A DNA stretch of 64,000 nt from Phoronis australis. Lineage: Eukaryota > Animalia > Phoronida. Below, one piece after another: positions 50,527 through 63,300 of this stretch (the stretch's first letter is position 1; every line of letters begins with the position of its first letter). The position numbers and the translations under genes were made by a program. The stretch spans positions 823,092 through 887,091 of the forward strand of contig NMRA01000068.1 of the NCBI GenBank assembly GCA_002633005.1, read 5' to 3'. Under the pieces are notes generated by a model. It saw only the letters and a program-made list of their open reading frames with translations, was not told the DNA's origin and searched no databases.

Positions 50527-51643
50527 TTTTTATGCGCCCACATATTTATATGTTGGTGCATATTGCCGTCATCTCTGTCTGGACATCCGGTGTCCGGCGT
50601 CCGTAGTTGTTTCTCCTAAACCTCTCACAGGATCTTGATGAGATTTGGCAGATGCGTTCCTATGAAGCTGATAACAGATGGCGGCGAATTTCGAACCTGA
50701 TAGACTATCAGTGTGCCCCCTGGTGGCAACTTTAATTTTTATGGTTGTCTCTGTATCTTCGGAGGCCTTCTACGGATTTTCATAAAATTTGGCAGTTAAG
50801 CATCTATTAGTGAGGTGAGGCTATCCTCCCGATTTCGAATGGATTTGATGTACTTTGCACCCTGGTGGCCATTTGCACTGTTTTTTAGTTCCTTTTTTGA
50901 CGTCCGCCCTTCTATCAACCAAACCGCTCTAGGGATACTTGTGACACCTTCTGGTGGCAGTTTTGTTTGTTTTTGCGCCCATGGCTGTATCTCATAAACG
51001 CTCTACAGGATCTTTATTAAATTTTGCCAGTGTATTTGCATGAAGTTGAGAATGGACGACGACGATGGCTTTCGAACATATCGGACTACCCGTGTGCCAC
51101 CTTATGGCAATTTTAGTTTTTATGTTTACCTCTGTATTTTCAAAGATCCTCTAAGGATTTTCATAAAATTTGGCAGATAGGTATCTATTAGTGAGCTGAC
51201 ACTCTCCTGCGGTTTTCGGTTTCATTCGAGGTATTTTGTGCCACCTTGTGGCCATTTTTAATGTTTTCGAGTCTGTTTTTTGGCGTCTGCCCCACTGTCA
51301 ACCCAACCACTCTAAGGATGATTGTGGAATTTGGCATATATGTTCTTAGTGTAAAGACGACAGTAGATGATGGTTTTCCGACGCCTTCATCTATTGTGGT
51401 GCCTCCTAGTGGCAGTTATGTTTTGTTTTGTGACCATAACCTCCAAGTGGCAATTTCAGTTTTTCAGTTTTCCTAGATTTCTCAGAAGCTCCTGACAGAT
51501 TTTTAAGAAATTTGGTAAATAGCAGTTTTCAGATGGATTCCACATATTTTGAGCCATCTAGTGGCCATTTTTGTGATACAAATAAACACCTCTAGAAGCA
51601 CACCATTTGCGGTGCATTCGTGGGCGCATTTCAGCTCTTGTTG
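50527..51643 (+). mobile_element. Helentron-associated non-autonomous element (HINE/DINE-1-like)
   Basis: T-run start, subterminal inverted repeat ATGCGCCCAC (50532-50541) / GTGGGCGCAT (51620-51629), GTCC-type microsatellite, internal diverged tandem repeats, ends CTCTTGTT. Confidence 0.7.
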
Positions 51644-52588
51644 TTCATGCCATGCAAACTGTCCTGTAAACCCTAAAAAATGATTATTCCAGTTTCTTTT
51701 GTAGGTTTCTAATGTGCTGTATAAAACACGTATTGTCATTTCTCTAACAATTCATACACTCTAATAGTCTGTACACCACCCTTGAAACATCATGTATCTC
51801 TCTTATACTAGTAGTATGTACAGTTGGTGTCCAAGGGAGAAATATACACATATATGCATCGGAAAAATGATTTGTATTGGCCATTTTGATTGGTAAAATA
51901 TCAATTCATATACCTATTCAAGAACACAAATTACTAATTGTCGTACTTTTTAATTCCTGGTCCAAAAAGATTAACGCTGGTTAGATTTAATTAAGCCTAT
52001 GCACCCACTTTGAAACCAATAGCACCCTGATTCTTATTTAGCCAAAAGGCGTTGGGGTGCAAAGCAAAGTGAATAACTCGAAAAATTTGGCCTTTGAGAT
52101 GGCACTATTTAGTGCAATTGTGGTTATTTTTCATGTTATTTGTGAGGAACATGTCATTGTTGGCTGTGAGCTTTAGTGGATGGCAAAACAGGAAAAATAT
52201 GTGAACAATGTGCCTAAATCATGATGACGCATTTTTGTACAAAAGGCACTCATGGTCTTCCAATTTGTTCATATCCACTGACTCGCCCTGGAACATCTCG
52301 AAATGGTTGATCTAATTTCGTTCATTATGTAGCAAATTTTTCATTTGTCCAATTTTCTTTATTACCATCATGTAAAATTTGTAAGATGTTTTCCTTGTAT
52401 GTGTTTGTGTATTTTCTGTGTCATTTACATGTAGCAGCAGTACTAATATGATGACTAGTCCTTTTATTAGAGTGGACAAGATGGCAGGATTTTTTCTGTA
52501 CACCTTCATGTTTGTTACACAATACCAAACAGTTTACCGCTCATGTTTTATAGATATTGTAATTCACAAAAAATTTGGTACTTTTCAG

Positions 52589-52772
52589 GTTGAGACAATA
52601 TTTCCCAACAAAGACCTGTTCAAAGGCGTGAACATACCAGACTGGTCATTGAATCAGACATTGAATGATGTCAACTTTGATGCAGCAAGTACTGTCACTA
52701 GTAAATCACTGGCAGGCACAAATATGAAGAAAAAGGACAAGAGGAAGTTACGCCATCACTTGTGGATGAAAA
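52589..52772 (+). CDS. SLX9: SLX9/FAM207A coding exon 2
   Basis: ttttcag|GTT ... AAAA|gtattg, 184 nt. LFKGVNI...MKKKDKRKLRHHLWMK matches the SLX9 'KK(D/E)K.KLR...W..KI' motif. Confidence 0.85.
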
Positions 52773-52786
52773 GTATTGCCTATTAG

Positions 52787-53388
52787 TTTTAAGCACCCTC
52801 AAAAAAATTGGGGTTGCATATATTATAGTCAGTCTCTTGTCCGTCCATCTGCTGTCCATCTATCATCTGTCAGTCATTGCCTTTGCTTATCCATTGATTA
52901 TCTCAAAAATCTCTTGATGGATTTGACTATCATGGCACTCTCTGTTGGCGATTATAGTTTTTGACAAGAAATTCCTAATCCATCAGTTTTTGGTAAAGTC
53001 AGTAGCTTCATTTTGCCAAAACTGGACCCAGAGGTATGTGGTGTCATTTCACTGGCACCAGAAATTCCTTGTCTTTTAATTTTGAAGAAAATAAATGCAG
53101 AGGTGTATCTGTGTGGTGGTAATGCACTTTCAGCAATTGCTATCGGAACCGAGGTGACCATCCTGGTACCTCCTGTAGCCCATTTAAGTTTTTGACAAGA
53201 TTTACCATGACTGTCGATTATTGTCACAATATCTAGACAGATTTGCGGACAGATTCAGCTACTTTGGCACCCTCTGTTGGCCATCTTGGCTAGTTTTTAT
53301 TGATATTGCTTGTTAAATGGCTAAATCACTTAAACTAAAAAAGTATGGTGAGTCGGACGTTTCTGCCCTCTCTTTAAGGGCCTTGTTC
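52787..53388 (+). mobile_element. Second HINE-like element
   Basis: T-run start with hairpin CACCCTC..GGGGTTG, GTCC/ATCT microsatellite, internal repeats, 3' hairpin GCCCT..AGGGC followed by CTTGTT. Confidence 0.5.
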
Positions 53389-53424
53389 ACTGACTGGTTT
53401 TTCCGCATCAGGTTGACCTAGTTT

Positions 53425-53830
53425 AAGAATGAGGTTGCACACCGGTGTGAGCTGTAACCCTTGATCCATATTCAAATTGGGTCATTTGGTTCTAATGTAG
53501 ACTGCATCCTAAACCTTTTCTTCGTTGACAAGGATTCAGGCATTATACTTGTCAATAGTGTGTCTAGTGTTGAGGGCCCCTACGCCTGTGGGTCTGTCGA
53601 ATTTGGAATGCGTTTGGTTTCCCCTATGTATTGAAAGGTGTGGTCCTCTTTGCACGGTAGCTGGTATACAACGCAAGACTTCTTGTCAGTGGGGGTAGGG
53701 TCCTTTGGGTGAACCAACTTTTCCTGGGTGGTGTTGATCGTTTTAAAAAATGTCTAACCCCATGTGATTTGAAGGTGCGTGACAGTTATTCTGAAAGATT
53801 CTTGTCGTGGGGGATAGATATTGATGCTTG
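53425..53830 (-). mobile_element. Penelope-like element fragment (GIY-YIG endonuclease)
   Basis: Minus strand KLVHPKDPTPTDKKSCVVYQLPCKEDHTFQYIGETKR, then ..AVYIRTK*PNLNMDQGLQL. Confidence 0.8.
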
Positions 53831-54599
53831 TGTGAGCTCATCCGTGTCGGTGTCCTGATTGCAGTTATGTTAGTGTTGTGGAAGGTTGGTTGAGCCATTT
53901 AACGTCAAATGATCGGAAAGCAATGAAAAACCTGTTCCATCGCGAGATATTGCTTGTCTGTCAATTATTGTTCAAACAGCATGTCGGATTTTGATGAGTG
54001 CTGTAGCAGCAGCGATGGCAGGTGAAATAAAAATTGATGGGTGGTTGTCTTTTGAAGAAAATTTAAATTATAGGTGGTTCTTCTTTAAAAAAGTATTAAA
54101 AGTGGATGTTTTTTGTCCTGTAAATGTTGACAGGTGGTTTTTTTCAGCCAAACACCCATCTCAACATACCTCTGAAAAAAATTCAAAACTCACCAAAAAT
54201 TCATTTGGCAGATGCCCAACAATATCCACAAACAACAAAAACAAACCCATGTTGCTAGTGTACAAAGTGCAATATGTACATTATGCTATTACTCAAGCCA
54301 TGGGCAACTTGATTACAGGCACACATTCTACAGTCATATTAGAATGAAAATTACTGCAACGCTAAACTGGTGTTACCACATCTAAGAAAATTGACGAATG
54401 TTTTAATAAAAACTATAAGGAGTCAGATAGACGAGTTCAAATATTCACTTTGCATGATAGCCTAAAAGCATTTGAGATTCCTAGATTCATGAAATTGCCA
54501 CTAGGGGGCACACCGGTAGTTCGATCTGTCCTTAAGTCATTGTCTGTTTTCAACTTCATATAAGTTCATTTGCTGTTTATGTTGCTGTTAGTGATGCAC

Positions 54600-55055
54600 A
54601 TAGTGGCACATGCCAAAATGCTGCATTGTTCTGGTGGCACATGCCAACAGGCTGTATTGTTCTTGTAACACATGTCTACAGGCTGCATTGTTCTTGTAAC
54701 ACATGTCTACAGGCTGCATTGTTCTTGTAACACATGTCTACAGGCTGCATTGCTCTTGTTAGTTTTGTTTGACATCTGAAAGTTTGTTCAGTCTCGCTTG
54801 AAAAAATTATTCATGTGCATTCATGATGCCCATTAATCTGATATTGTGTTACAGANCATTGTTGTTGTGACACATGTCTACAGGCTGCATTGTTCTTGTG
54901 GTACATGTCAACAGGCTGCATTGTTCTTGTGGTACATGTCAACAGGCTGCATTGTTCTTGTAACACATGTCTACAGGCTGCATTGTTCTTGTGGTACATG
55001 TCAACAGGCTGCATTGTACTTGTGACACATATCAACAGGCTGCATTGCTCTTGTT
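54600..55055. repeat. 31-bp minisatellite
   Basis: Unit ACACATGTCTACAGGCTGCATTGTTCTTGTA, period 31. The array is split by a single N at 54856. Confidence 0.9.
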
Positions 55056-55149
55056 AGTTTTGTTTGACATCTGAAAGTTTGTTCAGTCTCGCTTGAAAAA
55101 ATTATTCATGTGCATTCATGATGCCCATTAATCTGATATTGTGTTACAG

Positions 55150-55309
55150 AAATCGATACAATAACGCATTCAAGAAAAATGGAATCGGATCGTAAGCGGC
55201 GTCAGAAAACAGCCATTGTTGGTGACATGCAACCTCTTGGTGATACTTTGCCCACCTTAGACCTTCTTCTTAGGGATCACAACAGGCACATCACTTCAAC
55301 AGTGGACAG
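55150..55309 (+). CDS. SLX9: SLX9/FAM207A coding exon 3
   Basis: ttacag|AAATC ... GACAG|gtggtt, 160 nt (phase 1 to 2). (K)IDTI..DRKRRQKTAIVGDMQPLGDTLPTL matches the SLX9 'VVGDL.PL.DALP.L' motif. Confidence 0.88.
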
Positions 55310-55629
55310 GTGGTTGCATCTTTGTTTTCCTTTTTCAAAACAGTTGTATTTAGGAGTGATAAGGATGCTGTTTTTCTCCAACAGTATTACATAAAATGTT
55401 CACATGATTGGTGGTATTACACGTGTTGGTACATGCAGGTTATTACCCTTTAATTCAGTAGTAGATTTTGAAGTGTTTTTTTCAATATTGTATCATCAGC
55501 TCTGATTTTGAATGTGAATCACTTTTATGATTTATTATTGAATTCTAGATATCGAATTGACAGATGGGACCATGGTTCTATCTTGGAGAGGTGAAAAAAA
55601 CTTTTATAAGGGTTTTGATGCTCTGACCA

Positions 55630-56110
55630 CTAGACCATAGAGCAATACTTGTCGGAATTCTTCGAATTCCGACAAGTATGTTGCTCTGACGTCAAGTTTT
55701 TTCCTTTTTTTTGTTTTGTTTGTACTCTACAGGTCGCATTTTTTGACTGATTCTAACGAAATTTGCACACAACTTGTATCTCCGGAAGTACTGGAAGTCT
55801 ATTGTTTTTGGTCATGATCGGTTCCAAAATGGCGGCCATTTTGTTCCCAATTTTAGATTCAAATGCTCATAGAAGCTGCAATTATAAAAGTACACGGCAA
55901 AAAATTGTGAATTTCCAGTTCAAGATGGCGGAAATATTGGCCATGACGCATGCGCACTTCGATTGCAGGGTAAAAACTTTTCTCCAGTAGAGGCGTACAC
56001 TCTTGAAAATTGGACTGGTACTAGTAAGAGCAATTACCTATACCCCCTATCATGCAAACTGTTATACATGAATTGTGCAGACAACGCTTCATTGTGGTGA
56101 AACTACTTGG
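55630..56110 (+). mobile_element. Interspersed repeat with a long 5' palindrome (HINE-like)
   Basis: AGAGCAATACTTGTCGGAATTC-TTC-GAATTCCGACAAGTATGTTGCTCT hairpin, followed by a T-rich tract and AAAATGGCGGCCATTTT-type motifs. Confidence 0.5.
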
Positions 56111-58376
56111 AATAATTGTAATTTTAATAACACTGAAACTTAAGTTAATTAAAGTGATAAACAGACAAGGAACTGGTCATCAGTGAGACCACATGAAGGG
56201 AGCTAGAGAAACTACTGAAGTGTAAGCCTGAGATGAAGAAGTCATCCATATGCGCTCTTTCTTCATTTTTTCCATACAGTGCTAGGATGAGCAAAGCAAA
56301 ATACAAATTTCATCAGAAACACTTGATAAGAGTCTTAAATGGTAGCTTTAAACATGCCATTTGTACAACTTTTGTACAACTTTTTGAATTTTTTAAATCG
56401 ATTGGGAGGTTCTGGAGTTATTTAAAATTTACAGCCTCAGAAATGGCATTTTTCAGCAAACAGCACCCAGTAATTTCAGGCCACAGAAAACAAGTTTAGA
56501 CAACTAAATTTGACAATCCATAGCTTAGTGTGTTCCTAAAACAAAATGGAGAGTTCTGTACAAGTTGGTTAANAGTGTTGCATAACTTTTCAATTCAATA
56601 GGACTGCAGACCAACAGTTAGCTCAAATCAAGTTGCCCATGACTTGATAAATGGCTTAGTGAACATATTGCACTCCGTTCACTGGCAATATGGGCTTTTT
56701 TGTATTGGGATAAGTTAGGATATATGCCAATTGCATTTTTCAGTTTTGATTTCTTTGGAGATGTGGTTGGGCTGAAGTAACCAACCTGTCAACATTAACA
56801 GGTCAAAAAATACCACCCATTTTTAATGCATCACTTCTTACAGGAACGACCACCCATAATTTGAGTTTTTTTCTGGAGACCACCACCCATGAATTTTTAT
56901 TTCTACTGCCGTCCCCCCCCTCCCACACGGATTTTACTGGAACAGCCCTTAAAATTTACAGCCTCAGAAATGGCATTTTTCAGCAAACAGCACCCAGTAA
57001 TTTCAGGCCACAGAAAACAAGTTTAGACAACTAAATTTGACAATCCATAGCTTAGTGTGTTCCTAAAACAAAATGGAGAGTTCTGTACAAGTTGGTTAAC
57101 AATATGGCATCGACACCAAGCCACATGCTATTATAGTTTGCACCAAGAACAAAAACAATTGAAAAATTCACCATCGACTTTTGACAGGACATTTTTGTTC
57201 ATGGAGCTATTTGAACAAAGGATGTTTTGAAGAGAGAGCAACTTATTACTTTGAAAATGACGGAACACTTCAAGAATTACTATGGTTTAGTGAAAATGTT
57301 TCTTTTGTTCCAAAATATTTTAAAACAATTCTAAAAAATGAAATTTGTAAAACAAGTGAATTCAAAAAGAGTAAAAAGTAGAAGTCTGGTCTTTTTCAGA
57401 GTATTTTGTCATTTATTTGAAAACCTGTTAGGTTATGTTAATTATTCTTTTTCCCAAGTAAGATCAATGTTTTTACAATCTTATGTTGCACACCATATGA
57501 TGAAAAACGATAATGTGCATTTTTAATTAAAACAAAATTAAATTGGAGCTTAAAATTTCAACGAATTTTAATCAATTTCGTTCCCATCAAATAATATAGG
57601 AACTGAGAGATGTTGTGTTGGCTACCATCCAAAAGAGCATATTCGTATTCTAAAATGTTTTGATGCACTGCAGTTGACTGAACAATTACCGGTATTTAGT
57701 GAAAAATGTAATTGGTTGAAAATGAAACTGATCACAGCACCACCACGGGGTAGAAAAGTTGTAACAAAAACATTTTTGAAGAAAATAGAAAAAAAACTGA
57801 CTATTCCCAAAACTGAAGTTAAAATTGAATTTGAAAAATATTCTTTACTATTTGGGCCACTTTTTGTAATTTAGAAAAGTTTTGACTGGTTCTGTTTAAT
57901 ACATTTGACCAGGAAGAGATAACCAGCCTGGTTATCTCTTCCTGATTTGACCAATCAGGTCCAAGATTAGTGTGAACCCTGGAAAGATCAACGTGGTTCT
58001 TGAAAAATGACTGAGTTCACCTTTTTGGAAGTATTCCTAAATGGAAATGGTGAAATAAAGTGAAAAAAGTTGGATTAGGACACTAATGGTGATTACAATG
58101 TTGAGAGTACAGTTTCAGGATTTTTCCAGGTGCGAGACTGATGAGGCAGTAAATTAAAAAAGGGACATTTTCTCATATTTATATCAAAAAAAGTGTTCAC
58201 TCAGGGTTCAAAGTAGAATTTTTAGCACACAGTTTCATATAAATATTACCGGTATTAAAATTGATTCAGAAACGGCCATTTAACAGCAGTTTCTATTGAA
58301 CAAGACTTTATTTCTTACTGATTTATGACATCTAAGTTCGTCATATGAATGTTATGATGTTGGTCATCCTCATCAC

Positions 58377-59025
58377 TGTCAGACGATAGTCTGTGTGGGT
58401 TTGTTTAAGAGGTAGCTATGCTTTGAAGTTGTGCGTAGATGGAGAGTGAATAATCAAATCCAGTAATTAATTTATTATATTATAACCCCTAATTAGACAA
58501 ATGAAACCTATTGTTAATTAATAATCAACTACAAAGAGAAACTACGCTAGCGCCCTCTTTAAAGATTACTTTAATCAAACAACCAAACGATCAAATGTCT
58601 TATCTGCTATCCAAGCTAGAACTTTCCACTTGTTGGATGTCTGTCCTGTTGGTGAATCTTCGAACTACACACACACTGTATAGCGACAGTGTACTTGATG
58701 GTCACCGTCTTTGGTGATTCAACACTTGCAGGCAATTTCTTGTACCCGCGATTCTTCTTGCTGGTCACAGTCTCTGGCTGATGACGCAACACTTCAGGTA
58801 GTATCTTACTACCCACAATGCAAGTGACAAGCTCTTAGTTAACTTCCGGTTCGTTAACCCTTGCCCTTGCCAAGATCCTTTCTAGAATCTTCCACGAGAT
58901 GGCTCTGTCGTACAACTGCTTCTGTACACTGTAGCAAGTCTTTATGCTTCAACTACTTTAGCGCATCTGATTATCTTGCTGATTTCAGCCCATAATATAA
59001 CATTCTACTTATTTAGTGATTGGCT
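58377..59025. mobile_element. LTR copy, reverse complement of ~43643-44291, running into the assembly gap
   Basis: Begins TGTCAGACGATAGTCTGTGTGGG, the reverse complement of the end of the 43387-44291 LTR. Only scattered substitutions by eye. Confidence 0.88.
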
Positions 59026-59793
59026 NNNNNNNNNNNNNNNNNNNNNNNNNNNNNNNNNNNNNNNNNNNNNNNNNNNNNNNNNNNNNNNNNNNNNNNNNNN
59101 NNNNNNNNNNNNNNNNNNNNNNNNNNNNNNNNNNNNNNNNNNNNNNNNNNNNNNNNNNNNNNNNNNNNNNNNNNNNNNNNNNNNNNNNNNNNNNNNNNNN
59201 NNNNNNNNNNNNNNNNNNNNNNNNNNNNNNNNNNNNNNNNNNNNNNNNNNNNNNNNNNNNNNNNNNNNNNNNNNNNNNNNNNNNNNNNNNNNNNNNNNNN
59301 NNNNNNNNNNNNNNNNNNNNNNNNNNNNNNNNNNNNNNNNNNNNNNNNNNNNNNNNNNNNNNNNNNNNNNNNNNNNNNNNNNNNNNNNNNNNNNNNNNNN
59401 NNNNNNNNNNNNNNNNNNNNNNNNNNNNNNNNNNNNNNNNNNNNNNNNNNNNNNNNNNNNNNNNNNNNNNNNNNNNNNNNNNNNNNNNNNNNNNNNNNNN
59501 NNNNNNNNNNNNNNNNNNNNNNNNNNNNNNNNNNNNNNNNNNNNNNNNNNNNNNNNNNNNNNNNNNNNNNNNNNNNNNNNNNNNNNNNNNNNNNNNNNNN
59601 NNNNNNNNNNNNNNNNNNNNNNNNNNNNNNNNNNNNNNNNNNNNNNNNNNNNNNNNNNNNNNNNNNNNNNNNNNNNNNNNNNNNNNNNNNNNNNNNNNNN
59701 NNNNNNNNNNNNNNNNNNNNNNNNNNNNNNNNNNNNNNNNNNNNNNNNNNNNNNNNNNNNNNNNNNNNNNNNNNNNNNNNNNNNNNNNNNNNN
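59026..59793. other. Assembly gap (768 N)
   Basis: Run of n. Confidence 1.
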
Positions 59794-60006
59794 TTACCTG
59801 TAATGACCCCTCATGATGTGTTATGACCAATCAGTCCAGTTCTCCCTCTTTACCTGTAATGACCCCTCATGATGTGTTATGACCAATCAGTCCAGTTCTC
59901 CCTCTTTACCTGTAATGACCCCTCATGATGTGTTATGACCAATCAGTCCAGTTCTCCCTCTTTACCTGTAATGACCCCTCATGATGTGTTATGACCAATC
60001 TGTCCA
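59794..60006. repeat. 56-bp tandem repeat (~3.8 visible units)
   Basis: TTACCTGTAATGACCCCTCATGATGTGTTATGACCAATCAGTCCAGTTCTCCCTCT at 59794, 59850, 59906 and 59962. Confidence 0.92.
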
Positions 60007-60198
60007 TTTTTCTGACCATGATTTCCCTTTGCATACGGTTGGGGAATTCTGGATCATTTTGTCAGATTATTTTTGTCGTGTTTGGTATCATTCTGTGTTG
60101 AGAGTAAAAGGGTTGTTGCGGCAAGCCAAACTTTAAACATGTTCAGATGATACAACTCTTAGGTGAACAGAGTTTTACAATGCTTATCTGTATTTTAG

Positions 60199-60319
60199 GC
60201 TTGAAGATGTCTCACTTTTCCAACAAGTTTTACAGCACCCTGCTTTCAAGAGCAATCCTACTGCAACTGTATTAGAACATTTACAAAACAAACTGGAAAT
60301 GGAAAATGTGGACTGCTGA
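60199..60319 (+). CDS. SLX9: SLX9/FAM207A last coding exon
   Basis: Not in the ORF track. ttttag|G CTT GAA..., LEDVSLFQQVLQHPAFKSNPTATVLEHLQNKLEMENVDC*, matching the SLX9 C-terminal 'F..VL..P.F..NP...I..HL' motif. Confidence 0.88.
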
Positions 60320-63300
60320 TCAAGGTGTGGCTGTCTGGAAGAACTTTTAGCACTGGCAAATGATTGACTTGTTACTGCTTGTGAAGGTGAAGTAATTTTC
60401 ATCTTGCTGTACAACCAATTATAATGGCTGTCATCTTACCAAGGATTTAAGAAGCTATTGCAAGGTTCCCACATCTCATTGCGAAAATGTGATTAAATTC
60501 TGTAAATTGCATTTTGCTCAGAATGTTAAGCTTTTTGGTAGTCACTATTTGTGTCCAAACTTTGTTGGGAGAAAAATTACAAATAATAGCTTCATCTCGA
60601 ATTCAACTCTGTTTTGCCCAGGTAGATAAACACATTGTATGTTCAGCATAAGATTAGACCCCCAAAGCACTTCCGAGCTGGGTCAGTATACTGACGACAT
60701 GGCGTTCAACGCTTTTCATGGCATGACTGCAATTTGTTGTGCAATTGAACCATGAACAAGTCTTGATGTAAACTAGGAATAAACACATAGCATTGTTAGG
60801 GGCAAATTCTTCAGAATCAATTCGTGTAAAATTTTAGGATAATGTTTATTTACGTGACTGTCAACTTGCTAGTTGTAATATATGTACGTGGTTTGCACTG
60901 CTCTTTATACTTTGAGCTCATAGAAATCTTTGTATTGAGAAATTGTTGGCCTTTCAGTGGCATCATGCAAAAGCTTATCTTTGAGGAAATCTACAGTGTT
61001 TCACTATTATATCTGGTGTGGTGGAATATACATTGATTGAAGAGCAATGTTCTCTATTTTATATTGGTCTTTTGGAAAATGTCAGAGGAAAAAAACAACC
61101 GTGCTCTGGTTTTTCATTAGAACCATGTATATAAATACTTATCAATGTATATTAGTTTAAAATGTTAAGATCCATCAGGTGTATGTGAACTTTCATTTAT
61201 AAATTGTTAATTACATACCCTCGTTGTGAATGATTACTTCTTATTCAAGAACCGTATTTCCTGCTATATCAGTATAAGTGATGAAGCTTAGCATAATAGT
61301 TTGAAGCGTATTATTGTTTGAAGATGGCAAATTTGTTAAAAGCTACGTTACATGCCAAAAGTCATCAAACAAAATGAACCCAGATTGCCCCGACCGGAGT
61401 GTAAGTTAGCACAATTTACCATCAGAGTTTCTAAATGATAAGTCATAACAGGGAAATGGTATCTTGTCCTATAGCTTCTCATGTTTTGATTAAGTGTTTT
61501 GATTTGGTGTAAATTTGCACTTAGTAGTTAAAGCCACATAAACCATGTTATGGTGTTGAAAACATTGTCTTCACGACAGACATATTTTCCCTTCCACACC
61601 AGCCATGTTCTTTCTGTAATCTACAGTTAAACAACAGCAATTCTGTGGTACATGTGTAAATCTGTACTCACATGAAAAGTTTTGAACCAGTCAAATACGA
61701 TTACAGTCTGCTCAATCTACAAGAGTGATGGTAGCATGGGGCAAGTTAATGAATGTCTGGAGATAGACTGCATATCTTGAATCACAGGATCACTTTTGTG
61801 GTTAGAGTCGCATTTTAGCCAAACAACAAATTTATTTCCGTAATGGTACTAACTGTGCAAGAATATGTGAATACCAGTTTTGGGTGGTTGTGTCTCTTTA
61901 ATTAATTCTGCTCTCCAGGATAACTTTGCTTCCAGTGTGACTGTAAAATCTTTTTGATGCGAGAGACAACATAACAATTTAACCTCTGGTAGCTTCTCCC
62001 AGTGTACTGGAGTAAGTGGTGGATGCATATTTCATGTTTCAAAATAAAATTTTCAATTCTATTCAAGCCTGCTTTCCCCAGGAAAACATGGACTAAAGAC
62101 AAAACAAATGGTAATAAATTAGTTTATTAAATACTATGCTCTAGTTCAATAGATAAATTCTACATATTAAATTAATTTACAACAACGGTGGAAGTCAGCT
62201 CAAATATTCAAAACAATGTAAAATTCAGTAATAGAACAGAGATTCTACAAAAACCTCATTTCAACGAAAGCCACACCACTCGATGTAAAATTTCTCTTCA
62301 CTCCGTAGCGACTGCCTTGAATAAAAGCTGACTGGTGTACTATAACATCTCTGATAACAAGCTACTTTCCAATGTTTGACAATCGCACCAATTTGCCAAA
62401 GATGACGAGCACAAAAGACAAACTTTTCGTAAGTTCAAGCATTTATGTAAAGAATGTAAATCTTCAATGCCACAAAACTAAACTTTACCATGTGTGAGAT
62501 TAATTCAGCTGTTGTAAACTCCCGGTTTTAATGCCCTACCACTTATAGACGGTATGTAAAGGTTGAGTATTCAATTCAAACAGAACTGCAGGTGGACGGG
62601 GATTTGAGAATCTGTGAATACACAAGTCAACACTTAAAATGCTCAAAATATCAAACGAGACAGATTTTGACAAAAACATGAGCAGTGGGTAATGAATATT
62701 GAGAGTGGAAGTGTCACATTTGACAAATATTGAACAATTGTACATAATTTTGCCTGTTAAGAAATATTTTTAATGACAACATCACTGCACCTTCTCATTC
62801 CTAATCCCTTATTTGTAACAAAAAATCATTTCCCACAGTTTTAACCCGTAATGTGCTGTTCTGATGCAATACAACCAAAACATTGGACAACGTATCTTTC
62901 CATGCACCCACAGGCCCGGTCCAAAACATCAAATTGTCAGAACGAAATTGGTGCACGGAATCCACACGAGTCGATGTGAACACAGCTAAAACAACATACA
63001 AGTATACTACCACCCCAATTCTGGAGTACACTTCTTGACCTTTAACACTATTTTCTTCAACTTATAAGTTTGTTGACCACCAATACCTTGTGACTTGGTA
63101 TTTGATGGTTGGGAACCTATAGTGGCAACTCAAACTGGACATGTACGGCAGCTTCACGAGCAAGGCTCATTATGTTGGACAGCTTCACCACCTGAAATGA
63201 AGAGATAAGCAATTTAATTAGTAGTTGTGGAACAAACCCACACTGTGTACTGGCAATAAGAACACAGTGCTTTGTCATCATCAGTGATGGTTGGAACAAA

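Noticed and set aside
54700-55150. Duplicated SLX9 exon-3 splice acceptor region
   Set aside because: The first copy ends exactly at the N at 54856, so this is an assembly overlap inside a minisatellite.
56421-57099. ~150-bp direct repeat that could be read as a huge TSD
   Set aside because: The first copy terminates at the N at 56573; probably allelic contigs with and without a MITE.
58976-59830. Four long ORFs in the ORF track
   Set aside because: They are translations of the N gap.
54600-60006. Regularly spaced 31-bp and 56-bp repeats as a CRISPR-like array
   Set aside because: Head-to-tail units with no unique spacers, a eukaryotic context and no cas-like ORFs.
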